DNA of 60,000 nucleotides, taken from Felis catus. Taxonomy: Eukaryota. The translations under genes and the position numbers were made by a program. Location of the stretch: assembly GCF_018350175.1 (NCBI RefSeq), contig NC_058369.1, positions 14,262,001-14,322,000 of the forward strand. The letters are read 5' to 3'. Every line of letters starts with the position of its first letter. Positions within the stretch are counted from its first letter, which is position 1. Below, piece by piece: positions 48,776-60,000 of the stretch. The notes under the pieces are model-generated. The model did not search any database, was not told the DNA's origin, and worked only from the letters and a program-made list of their open reading frames with translations.

Positions 48776-51700
48776 CATATACACATCTCCTAGACACACA
48801 TATCACCTTCAAACACATGTGGATCACTCCATGCAAAAGTCCCCCGAAACGCACGCAGTCCATAATAAATGCAGACCCCCCCCAAACCCATACAGCTATC
48901 CAAACACACATATTCCCAAAAGACACCCAGATCACCGTGTATATGCAGACCCCCAAATACACACAGACCTCTCCAGTCACATACACTGAGACCACAACAC
49001 ATTCCAGTTCTCCAAGTGCACACAGACTCCCAAATATACACAGACACCCCCCAAAATACCATGCCCCCCCAGTACAGGCATGCTTGTCGTCCATTTCCCA
49101 TAGATGCCAGACACACGTAGGGCCCCCATACCTGCGGTGGTATTGCCCAACCTTCTAGCTTCTTGAGGAAGAGTGGTCAGCAGCTCCAGGGGAGAGATGG
49201 GGGTTGGGGAGTCTGTGGGAAGTGAGTGTCTGTGGGGGGCACGTATATGGACGCTTCATGGGACTCACAAGCTATATTGGTGCACGAGGCAGGTGACTGT
49301 ATGGATCTTCGTGGTGTTCCTGGGAACTGTGGGGGGTCTAGGGGTGTGGTATGTCACCCACAGGTGGCTCTGAATCTCAGAAACTGAGAATGTTCCAGTT
49401 GGAGAAGGCCCCTTATGGTCCTTTGTCCATAGGTCCCTTTGGCACCCATAGGGGAACTGAGGTTCAGCGGCGTCCCTCAGACCTCGCCTCCCCCAGTCTT
49501 CTCCTTAAGGGGCCCACTGTGGCCATGTGCTGAGAGGGTTGTGGCTGTAGGCCTGGCCAGATGAGGGTTCAATTCCTGGCTCCACGCATATTCGTTGCCT
49601 GACATGTTCTGAGCCTTAGTTTCCCCATTTGTACTACGAGTCCCTGGGAGCTCCCCAGCTGCCCACTACCTGTCCTTCCTCTTTAGAAAGGCCTCATCTA
49701 CCAGCAAATACCCAGCACACCTTCTGTCCCTTTTCGGGCACCTGACACACCAGCCCCAAACAGACCTGCTACATTCCCATCACTAGGCCTTTGCCCAGGC
49801 TGGGCCTTCCCCCGCCACCGGAAAGCCCTTGTCAGGTTTGAGGAGATACCTCATATCCTTTGAAACCAGGCAAAAATCCCTTTTTCTGGAGGAGCCAATT
49901 TTCCCAGGAGAGATTCATCTCTCCTTGAGGCTCTTAGCCCCACCAGATACTTTTTGTGCTTCGTTGTTACTTTCTGTGATGATCATGTTACCCTAGCATG
50001 TTCACTCAGCGAGGGCAGGGTGGAGCCTTCCCAGGGCCCTGCACACAGTAGGCCCCCAGTCACCCTTCCTTGAATGAACGAGCCAACTGCTTAACAAATG
50101 GAAGAAACCCGTTCAGTTTCTTTTCAAACACCTTGTGGCCCACAAGACAAATTTGAGCCCCACCCCCTACCAGTTTGAGACCCTTGCTCTAACGGCCAAC
50201 AGCACAACCCCCCACTGAGGCTCAAGTGCCTCTCAGGCCAAGGTACGACTGTCCATTTGGGAAGGAAATCATGTCCTTCATCTGCCAAGGAGGCCAGTTT
50301 CTCTGTCACCGTCACTGCAGATGGAAGCCCACCACTCCCTCTTACCTCCCCGAGGGGGTTGGGTCCCTAAACCCCTGGAGCCGAGAGAGACTCTACGTTC
50401 AGAACCCAACTTCCTGTCCCAGATTGGAGTCCAGGGTCACCCAAAGCACCCTGTGATGTCCCCGAGCCATAGGAGCAACTTCAAGGAGAGCCCAAGATTT
50501 CTCTCTTTGTTCCAGAGAAAGAGCTCCCCATGGGAACCCCAGAAATTCATCCCCTGAGGCCAAGGCCTCCCTGCTTGGGAAATTAACACATCTGTCAGCT
50601 CTGAGCGGAAGGGACTCAGCCTACAGACTGACAGACCTGAGATGTAGTCATCAAGGACCCAAAGATGGGGTCTTGGGGCATCCCTGGTCTCCACTCTCTT
50701 CCCCCAGAAATGTCTGAGAGCCCACCAGGTGCACGGGACACAGGGGTAGGGAGTGAACAGACCCAGCCTGACTTCCTCCATTGCCCAGTCCTGTGGGAGA
50801 GGTGACAACAGTCGCATAATCCTTTCAGAGACAGAGGCCTTCAAGGAAGAAATTCAACAGGGGGAAGGAGTAGGGGTAGGTGGCAGGGGAGGGAACTGCT
50901 TTGGGCCTTTCTGAAATGGGGGTCCTCAAGGACGAGAGGACATCAGCCATGTCAGGATGTGGGGGAGGGACTGCCTGGTGGAAGAAATGGCAGGTGCAAA
51001 GGACCTGAGGTGGGAGCGTGCTGGTCAGGTTCCAGGTGCAGGGGAAGTCAGTGTGACTAAAGCACAGTGAATGAGGGGCACTACATGGGGCCTCAAGGGT
51101 GGGGATGAGAGGGTGGACTGCAGAGCAATGGGGAGTCATGGAGGGTGCATGAGCAGGCGAGGGCTGTGGTCTGATTCAGGATTTTCAGAAGACCCCATGG
51201 CTGCTGTGGGGAGAAGTCCTGTCAGGGCAGGAGGCCAGGACAGCAATTGGTTGGAGACAGTGGGTGCCGTGGGTGTGGAAAGTGGACAGAAGCAGGCCTG
51301 CGCCCATGGCAGCGACTCCTTGTGCCAACCCTCCTCAGTTGCTCCCTTCTGAGGGCCCTGCCTTGACCCCAGGCAAACCTGGACCTGGAGGAGATCAGGC
51401 CAGGAAAGCTGACAGGCCTGAGGCCTCCTTGGCCCTGGTAGAGGGTGGGGTGATGGTGGGGGGCCTTGATGGGGCTCACAGGTACCTCACAGTTCAGATG
51501 TTACCTCCTATTATTGAGCGCCTACTGTCTGCCCAGGCCCACATGCCACCTCATTTACACACAGGACCTGCCTGACCCACAGACAGCCCAGTGAAGCGGA
51601 GATTGCTGTCCCCGTTTTACAGAGGAGGAGCCCGTCTTTCCCGGGCCACACAGAGAGACCCCCAGATTCTCACTCCAGCCTGGGCTTGAGCCCTGGGGCT

Positions 51701-53587
51701 GTCTGGCTGTAGCCCAAACTCGCCACCCCTGCACGGTCTGGGAAGTGAGCCTGGAGCACTGTTGGGATCCTAGACACTCATTCCTCGGCCTGAAGATGAC
51801 CGGGAATCCTCACAAGCTCCCAGGGCACGGGCCCAGGAAGACCCTTCTGGGGGTTGAGAAATGGGACCCAACCTCTGTGTGTACCTCACAGGGATTCAAG
51901 GGCCAGGGTTGGGGTGAGCTCTCTGACCCCAAATGGGATCTCAGTGTATGATAAATCCTCTCTGAAAAATGACATCTGTGCATATGTGCCTCCAATCTTC
52001 TGGAAGGCCAGACCCCTAACATTTCTACACTCCTTGCATCTGAGTTGGGGGTCCCTTTCCCCTCTTAATTTGCATCTTCCATATGTCTGCCCGGTTGGGT
52101 AATGATTTAATGAAATAAATCATTAGTTGGAGATAGGATGTAAAACTGAGCTCAACTGGCTCAGGTCACAGGGGCAGCCACAGAGCTCAGAGAGGGGCAG
52201 TGATCTGTCTGAAGTCACAAAGAGAGGAGTGAGAGAAGGCTGGGCCCCCCGCTCCTGGATTTTATTCTTTTGCAGTGGCCCAGGAATAGCATTGAGCCTA
52301 TCTTTTTCCTGAGGGGCCTGAATGTGTCCATCTGGCCTCAGTCTTCCCTCCCTGCAAAGTGGGGGCTTCAGACCAAATAAGCAGCTTCCGACTCTTGAAG
52401 GTGAGGCCCTGGGCCCTAAATGTTCTGAAATTCCATTCCCTGGAATCCAAGATTCACTCCTTGACTCAGACAGGCAGTGGTAGGCAGACAGGGGGACAGG
52501 ATGGAGCAAGGCTGACTTCTCCCAAAGTCCCTTTGACCTTTGTAATCAAACTCCACACACTTGTCTTTCCAACTCTAAATACTGTTTTGAACCCACTTTC
52601 TTTTACCCCAATAGTCTGAAAATTCTTATCACTGGATGCCAAGTGTCCAGAGGTCCTGACCTTCCCGAGTGGGGATTCTAGGCCAGGACAAGCATGAGGC
52701 CTCAGCTATTTCTGACTTCTCAAGTCAGCAACAAAGGGACTGGAGATAGCCAGGTGGATCGGTCGGCCCTGTCTGCAGCCCTGGACCCTGAGAGAGGCGG
52801 AGGGGGGGTGGGAGGAGCGTAACTGCAAAAGTAACACTTTCATGTCAGCTTGTCATGTGCTGACAGTCTCGCAGGGCTGTGACTATCGTTCCTGTACCCA
52901 TTTCCCAGGTGGGAGAACTGAGGCACAGGAGAGGGGGTGGCCCAGGCAGCTGTGATCCCCCACCCAGGGCTCCACACCCCCTATCCTGCCCCCAGCCATA
53001 CAGGCACCCCATGGGCTGTAGGCCCCGCATTCTCCTCGTGAAGCTCAAATCCCACGGGGCAGGCGAGGGTCATGGCAGTCACAGGCACACATGCATGGTT
53101 ATGCCACACGCAGGTCTGGGGCAGTGACACAAAAGGGCACAGCCATAGCAGGAAGGCACCGGGCTGTGTACGGGGGCTTGGAGGGCATGCAAAGGAGTGC
53201 ATCCCAGGAGAGGAGGACACTCCAGCTCACAGACCAGACATACAGCTCACAGACACATACAGGGGCTCATGGCCCCCCAGCTCCCCAAATGACATCAAAA
53301 CCCTCAGACACAGGCCCCTTGGGCATACAACCTCTCAGAAACATAGCCCTTGGACTCACAATCCTTTGGACACACCCTCCCCCTCGAACACACCCCTCCG
53401 ACTCACACCCTTTGGACACATAGCCTCTCAGGACACACAACCTCTCAGACTCACATCCTAGGACGCACATCTCTTAGACACACAACTCTCCAGCACACAG
53501 CAGCGCACTTGGACCTCCAAACCCAACCCAAACCACAGATGCCGTTCTAAAGACACCACACAAACCTTGGCCCGACGCGACACGCAC

Positions 53588-53760
53588 CTGCTGGGCCTGG
53601 GCCCTCTGGACGCTCAAGTACCAGCCAGGCAGCAGCAGCACAGAGCTCGGAGCGCAGGGCGGCCACAGGTGCCTACGGGACGGGCGGCCCCGCCCCCTCA
53701 GGAGCTGATTGGGTGGGGTGGGGATCATTTGTATATAGGGCGCGTTCATGAGCCGTGATG
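53588..53760 (-). promoter_or_regulatory. MEF2B: Probable MEF2B non-coding exon 1 and proximal promoter
   Basis: CpG-rich patch; donor CAG|GTGCGT at 53587; GC box 53688-53696 and CCAAT (minus) 53708-53712 just upstream; TSS position inferred. Confidence 0.62.
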
Positions 53761-56700
53761 GGCGGGCACTTGGGCGCGTCCCCGCCCCGGGAGTTCTGGG
53801 CACTCGGATTCAGACCCCGGAAGACGCGGAAATGGGGAGGGAGTGTAATGAAGAAAGGAGACCGGAGAGGGGGCTGGATCAGACCCGCCAGACTTCCCCC
53901 ACCCTCACTAGGCGCCTGTGACCTTACTACTGTGACCCTGGCGCTAATTCGGACCTTGTCTCTAATTTGGACCACGGCTAGCCCCAACTCTAGACTTATT
54001 CTAAACTGAGTGAAACACAACTCTGACCCAAGACCCTGAAGGCCCCAGAGACGGAGCCCTTCTCGAAGCTAACACTGATCCTTGCTCTCACCCAAATGGA
54101 GGGATTGCAGAAAGCTGGCTCTGGGATCGCCTGTGCGGGCTCGCACATCTGTGCCTCCTGTAGCTGTGCCTCACGTGTCTTGACAGGAAGGCAACAGACC
54201 CCTCGGCTTCTAGGCGCCCTCCTCCAGTTTGAAGGTCAGCTGTGTGTAGGGGGACTGGCTTCCAGAACTAGACTCCAGCCGAGACCTCTGCATCCTCTCC
54301 CTCCATGGGATCCCAGCACCACCCAGCACACGTCTAGGCCCAGAGGGGAAATCAGAGCAGAATTAGTGAGCGAATCAATGTGAAAAGAATAACAGAATGA
54401 AGGTGATTTTTGGATTGTGTAATCCAGGAGAAACTCCGAGCCTGGCGAAGGCAGAGCTGCCACACACTGCCCTGGCTCTGGGGAGTCAGGACTGGGCTAG
54501 AAGGGTTGGGGAGGGCTTCCCAGAAGAGGGGGCATTTTACTGGGCTTTGAGGCATGAACAGGAGTTTGCCACTGGGAGAAGGGTTTTCCAAGAGGCAACA
54601 GCACTCGCAAAGGTGCGGAGGCAGAGTGCGGAATATTTTTTGGTGGAGGAGACGAGGCAGATGAAGCCAGAGAAGTGGGCAGAAGTAGATTGGGCTGGGC
54701 ACTTGAAGGGAGGCTCGGAGAAAGAGAGGAGGGGGTCAGTTTGGGGCAGATAAAATGGGAGATCAAGTGGGTTGCAATGGCTGTCTGTTTTCCACCTTCT
54801 TGGAAGACAACAGGGGATGGCTAGACTCTTGGATTCTGTGGGGAACATGTAGAGATATCAATGTGTGGGGGACACTGAGGCAGGGAACTGGGGTTCTGGG
54901 AGGCCTCTCCTCAAACCTCAATCTACCCATCTGTGACATGGGCAGTTTGGATCCCTAGTCTGGGCAAAGCTTTCATCTTTGGACATATGCTAGGGTTCAC
55001 GCTGTCATAAGAAGGTCCAGGGGTCCTGCCTCTGACCCCACTGCGCTGTCCCTCAGTGCCCAACACCAAACCTCTGGTGTCCCAAGGACACACCAGAAGC
55101 CAGACTAGGATGGGGGTGTCTGCCTTGGCTCCAAGGCACAGAATGAGGCTTGGGGAGCGTGGAGGTGGCTGGGGAGCCCCGGGCCCCCCGAGGGCTGCTC
55201 TGTTTACCCGTGGCTGCCCGCCCGCCTCTGATGCAACAGGCAGGCTCTGGTTACGTGAGGGCAGCAGCTGGAGCAGCTCTGGGAGCAGCCAGGGTGTGTA
55301 GGGAAGGGTCTGCCTGATCTGAGCTGGCTGGGCCTGCCCCCCTACACACACACACACATCCTCCTCCCTGCCCCTTCCCACCACTAGGGCTCCCTCCCAT
55401 GTTCCTGCCACTCCGTCCCCGCCCCCACTCATACTCCATGCCTCTTTCCCATTCTGGCCAGTTCCATCTTCTATCATTTGCACTCTGTTTCCTATAACAG
55501 CCCCTCCTTTTTGTCTCTACCCCAATTCCTGTCCTATACCCTCCCCCTTCAATGGCTATGTCACCCCATGTGAACCTTCATCCCCCATCAGGGCAGTCAA
55601 AGTCTCCACCTCGGCCTTTTCAGTTGAGGGGACACCCTTAGTTGCTAGAGTAAGAGGCTGGAGAGTAGAAGGGAGGGTTGGGGGCAGGGGAGAAGAGAGT
55701 GGAAAGGGCCACAGAAGGGGATCTGGGAAGGGGGCCTAGAGGATGGGGTAGTTGGGGGTGGGCGGAGGCAGGAGTGCGAAGGTAAGGAGGTGGAAAAGGT
55801 GCTTCTCCCAAGTCCCCGTCCTCCAGATCCCTTCCCACAGTATCAGAAGGGGAAGGCTTTGACGGACGCTTCATGGCAAGGGCAGTGTGGCCCAGCAGGC
55901 AGGGCCTCAGGGTTGGAGAGCCTGGGTCCCCATCCCAGCTCTGGTTCCCACTCACTGCATGACCTCAAGCTGGTCACTGCACCACTGTGAGCCTGTCTGC
56001 TCATGTGAAAGTGGGGGAAACAGCAGCCCCTCCTCCTGGAGGCTAGAATCATTTCAAGGCCCACCTTCAATGCCCCCTCCTCCCATTTGGGGCTTCTCTA
56101 CCCCCATCCCTCCTTCCAGCCCAGCGCTGACCCAGGGGGTTGGAGATGTCTGTGTCCGACTCTGTCTCCCCCATATTGGAGGCTCCTCTGCCTCACGTGT
56201 AGTGGCACCAAAGGGGTGTCTCTGAGGGTTTCTTGAAGAACTGGAGAGCCCCGGAGAGGGTCTGAGTGATGGTGAGGCATGGGGACCAAGCTGGAGGCAT
56301 TCAGAGACCTTTCTGGGGGGTGTGGCAGGGCTAGGAAGGGGTTTCTCAGCGGTAGTACCCCTCTGGGAGTGTACACCAGGCCTGAAATAAAAACCAGAAC
56401 TTAGATTTGGGCTAAGGACAAAAAGCCAAAAGTGAAGTCTGATTCCCATTTTGACCACTGTGGACCAACTGGGGGCAAGTCACTGCCCTCTTGGGCCTCC
56501 TTTTACCCCATCCACAGATTTGAAAGAGATTGGGGTGGTCCACAAGATCCCTTCCAGGTCATCCCCACCCTCACGGGTGCTAGGCTCCAGCTTGAACGCC
56601 CCATGGCACAAGGGAGCTCATTGCCTCTCTCCAAGCTTCCCCCACCTCCTGTCTCTGGGGCTCTCCTGGGAGCAAATCCTACTGAGTCAGGTCTGGGAGT

Positions 56701-56938
56701 GCCCACACCTCCACCCTGGCAAGGAAGGGAGGCTGCCAGAACAGCCCAGGAGCACATGGGGGCAGGTGCAAGGTCCTGCTGGGTAATCCTGCCTCATGGA
56801 ATCTTAGTTCACTCTCTGAAAAGTGGGAGCGAGGGCGTATGGGGTGAAAAAGGGTGGAGGATCACAATGCACCTACCAGGACCGGCCAGGAAAGTGGACA
56901 ATGACCACTTCCGAGGCCTGACCAAGGGTTTGCCTCTT

Positions 56939-56953
56939 GCGCCCCCTGGTGGC
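56939..56953 (-). promoter_or_regulatory. Consensus CTCF motif
   Basis: GCGCCCCCTGGTGGC = reverse complement of GCCACCAGGGGGCGC. Confidence 0.75.
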
Positions 56954-58460
56954 CCAGGGGGTGTGGGCGTTCTCTAGGTGAGAAGTGCAGGGATGGACAT
57001 GTAAATGAAATGCAAATAAACCAGCCAAGTTCGGAGCCCTCTGACTTGGGAGTCGTGAGGGGTCTTCAGTCTAAAGACCTGATCTTTGAATGGAGAAGAC
57101 TATTAGTCACTAGTTGAGATCGCACCCAGGGACTGTGGGTGATGGGGAGCCCTGGGAGGGTCTGGGGCACCCCAAGACTGCACCCTACTAGCTCACAGCA
57201 CAGGAACAGTCCAAGGCAGCCCCTGGAAAATATGCAGTTCCCTCACTTTGCCGCCTGTTTCTCCTGCCGGTCTGACCCCTAGGTCTGACAGGGCTGGCCT
57301 GTCTTGCTCACCAGGGCATTCCCTGGGCAGGGCCTGGCCAACAGAGGGCAGTCAATGACTGCTGGATGAATGACTGTTTGATGGACAGGTGGGACAGAAG
57401 GACGAGTGCCTTCCGAGTGGGCAAACGGTGACAGTGACTTGGTGGGGGGCTACACACCAGTCAGGGCCTCTAATCAGGTGGACCAGAGGAGTCTCCCTCC
57501 CCACAACCTGGGCTGGGGCAAGTGGGGAGGCAGGATGGCAGCACAGAGGCCCCTAATACACCCTAGAAAGGGGAGAGAGAATGGACTCCTATTTCCTGGC
57601 AGTGGGAGGTGGTCCTTCTTCCATATCTCCTGTGTCCACAAACCCCTTCCTAGGCCCTCAGGCCCCTCCACAACACTGACACCCCACCAGGACCCTCTCT
57701 CTCTCCCGTAGGGTACCCCTGACCCTTGCCGCCTCTCTCTTCCAACCACTCACAGCACCTAGGGAAGTGTGGGGAGATCCTCTCAGAGCAGTCGGCCTGG
57801 GACTCACCCGGACTATACTTCAAACAACTCCATTCTGATCTTCCTGATATCTGGTGCTGGATACTGCACTGGCAGCCAGCGGGCCTTGGAGGTGTACAAA
57901 CTGCGGACCATGATCTTCCAGGCTTGAAATTCACAGTGGTCAGTGTGGGCTTTTCTGCAGTCAGCAGAAATGGACTCAAAGCAATTTTGGCAAATAGTTA
58001 CGTTAGAGACCAATGAAACTGAATAATCAAGATTTACTGGTGTCAGGTACAGTTGGATCCAGGACTCCATGCAGTGTTCTTGGGTCTCCCCTTCCACCTG
58101 CCTAGTTCAACAACCCTAGTGGGAAGACAGTGACTTTCCCAGGCTTCCCAGCAAAATTCTTTTTTTTTTTTTTCCCAGCAAAATTCTTGAGTGAGACCTC
58201 TCACAAGGTCACACGCTCATTTCTACCCAATCACTGTGACTTGGGAGGTGGTGGCTCTGATTGGCCAGGCCAGTGTCCCACATCCACACCTGGAATGGGA
58301 CACTCCCATTCCAGGCTTTTCCATATGGCCTGAGCCTGGGGTGGGCATTTCTGCTCAAGACAGAATGCAGACCGTGCAGGCAGATACACAAATGTCCACC
58401 TCAGCCTGTAGAGAAGGTCCAATCCAGGCTTCTTTGTCCAGATGGAGAAAAGGAGGACCA

Positions 58461-58655
58461 GGGGTGCCTGGGTGGCTCAGTTGGTTAAGCATCTGACTTT
58501 GGCTCAGGTCTTTATCTCATGGTTCGTGGGTTTGAGCCCTGTGTCAGGCTCTGTGCTGACAGCTCAGGGCCTGGAGCCTGCTTCGGATTCTCTCTCTCTC
58601 TGCCCCTCCCCAACTCGTGCTCTGTCTCTCAAAAACAAACAAACATTTAAAAAAA
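58461..58655 (+). mobile_element. Felid Can-SINE
   Basis: consensus body. Confidence 0.9.
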
Positions 58656-58663
58656 CAGAAGAG

Positions 58664-58769
58664 GAAAGAAAGAAAAGAAAGAAAAGAAAAGAAAAGAAAA
58701 GAAAAGAAAAGAAAAGAAAAGAAAAGAAAAGAAAAGAAAGAAAAGAAAGAAAAGAAAGAAAAGAAAGAA

Positions 58770-58821
<52 letters not shown>

Positions 58822-58830
58822 AAAGGAAGA
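58664..58830. repeat. Compound (GAAAA)n/(GAAAAGAAA)n/(GAAA)n microsatellite grown from the SINE tail
   Basis: about 165 nt of pure purines on the + strand. Confidence 0.95.
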
Positions 58831-59734
58831 AAGACCAGACCAGAGAGGCCCAGCTCTAGGCCCCATGTTATACAGCAGGAAGCACAGTAGGACTCAGTCT
58901 CTGGAATCTGCTGTGTGACCTTGTACAGGTCATGCCACCTCTCGAAGGCTCTCTTTCCCCATATGTATTTGGGGGTAACACCTGCCTTACCAGGCTGAGG
59001 ATGAAAGATGAAAAGATAAGCCTTGAAAAGCCCCCAGTGTAGTTCCAGGCACACAGTGGGTGGTTGTTCAGGATTAACAGAGTGGCAATTACCAGTCGGG
59101 GGGGGCCGTGGCCATGACTGTGTCTGTGATCAATGGGGGGCAGGTAGGAGTCCATAGGCAGCAAAGCCTTGTCTCCAGACATTCACAGAGGGGCCCAGAG
59201 GCGGCGCTGAGCAGAAGCAAGAGGAATGTGCTGGCCACACCTGCTTGGTCTTCAGTCCCTGCCAGATTCCACAAAGTTGTGTCCAAAGGCCCCAGCTTTA
59301 GTGGGGCCAGGGGATGGAGGGACAAGGGTCAGGGACAGGTCTGAGAGACCCTCAGGGTGGCAAGGTCACCCTGATGAGGTGGCACCTGAGGCAGGAGGTA
59401 CTAGATGGGATGGGGGAAGAGGTGAAACCCCGGGGTAGGACTCCCAGCACTTCTGGTCAAGGACAGTGACTGTGCCTGGCCTCTCTGAGCCTGCTTTCTC
59501 TTCTATAAATGGGAACTGTGCTAGAGGCCCTGGACTGGAGAGGCAGGTGAACTCAGACGCCAGGGGAGACTGTGACTTGACCCTATACAGGTTACCAATT
59601 ACCCTGTAGGGAACAGTTTGGGGGGAAAGTGCGGGGTGGAAGGCTCTGAGAGGGGCAATGGAGCAACAATTCTGAAGAGGAAGGGGGCAGGGCCTGTAGG
59701 GATAAAGGCGGGATCAGGAGAAGCCACAGAGAAT

Positions 59735-59740
59735 TTTATT
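59735..59740 (-). terminator. Candidate polyA signal of the upstream minus-strand gene (BORCS8 by synteny)
   Basis: AATAAA on minus followed by T/GT-rich sequence; the identity rests only on human gene order (BORCS8 precedes MEF2B); no coding exon seen. Confidence 0.4.
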
Positions 59741-60000
59741 CCAAGGGGGCGCAGCAGCAGAGGGACAGATGACAACAGGGTGTGGGGAGGGCAGCAGGGC
59801 GGTGTCCTTGAGGCTGGATGGTGGGAGTGACGAGGGCAAGGAGAAGGGAGTGGAGAGATGGTGGGGTGTAGGCCCAGGGCTGGTGGGCAACACTGCGTGG
59901 GCCATTGGGGTGAGTTGCTGACCCTCTTGGTAGCCCCTCCTGCCCCAAGTCCTCCCAGATGCTGGATGCTCCCACAGCCAGCGGGATTCCTCACTACCCC

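Noticed and set aside
48780..49130. CA-rich degenerate tract (similar one at about 53300-53570) giving Thr/His/Pro- or Val/Cys-rich ORFs
   Set aside because: Low-complexity sequence with no defined repeat unit and no coding evidence.
58442..58918. Lys/Arg/Glu-rich ORF
   Set aside because: Translation of a SINE plus the GAAA microsatellite.

Overview
Mammalian genomic DNA, almost certainly a felid: it is dense in Felidae-type Can-SINEs and carries a carnivore-type L1. The gene order matches human 19p13.11. (1) SLC25A42 (mitochondrial CoA carrier, + strand): the last six coding exons (1940-8006) and 3' UTR to AATAAA at 9949; the start exon lies left of the window. (2) TMEM161A (- strand): complete, 12 exons, 31460->14874, 1440 nt = 479 aa + stop, with an ATG-only first exon and one U12-type intron. 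(3) MEF2B (- strand): complete CDS in 8 coding exons, 40081->35729, 1107 nt = 368 aa + stop, plus a probable non-coding exon 1/promoter near 53590-53740. A polyA signal at 59735 may belong to the neighbouring gene (BORCS8 by synteny). The rest is intron or intergenic DNA with about 30 SINEs, nested L1s, MaLR LTRs, MER20, a HAL1-like relic and microsatellites. I found no convincing novel gene or prokaryote-style system. The most notable signals concern regulation and RNA processing: two consecutive in-frame, stop-free TMEM161A introns with weak donors; a dual-frame MEF2B last exon; octamer, MEF2 and CTCF motif clusters around MEF2B; inverted SINEs next to the MEF2B start exon; and an unexplained AT-rich island with a 22-bp palindrome. 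Exon boundaries were read by hand from splice sites and phase; repeat boundaries and subfamily names are approximate.
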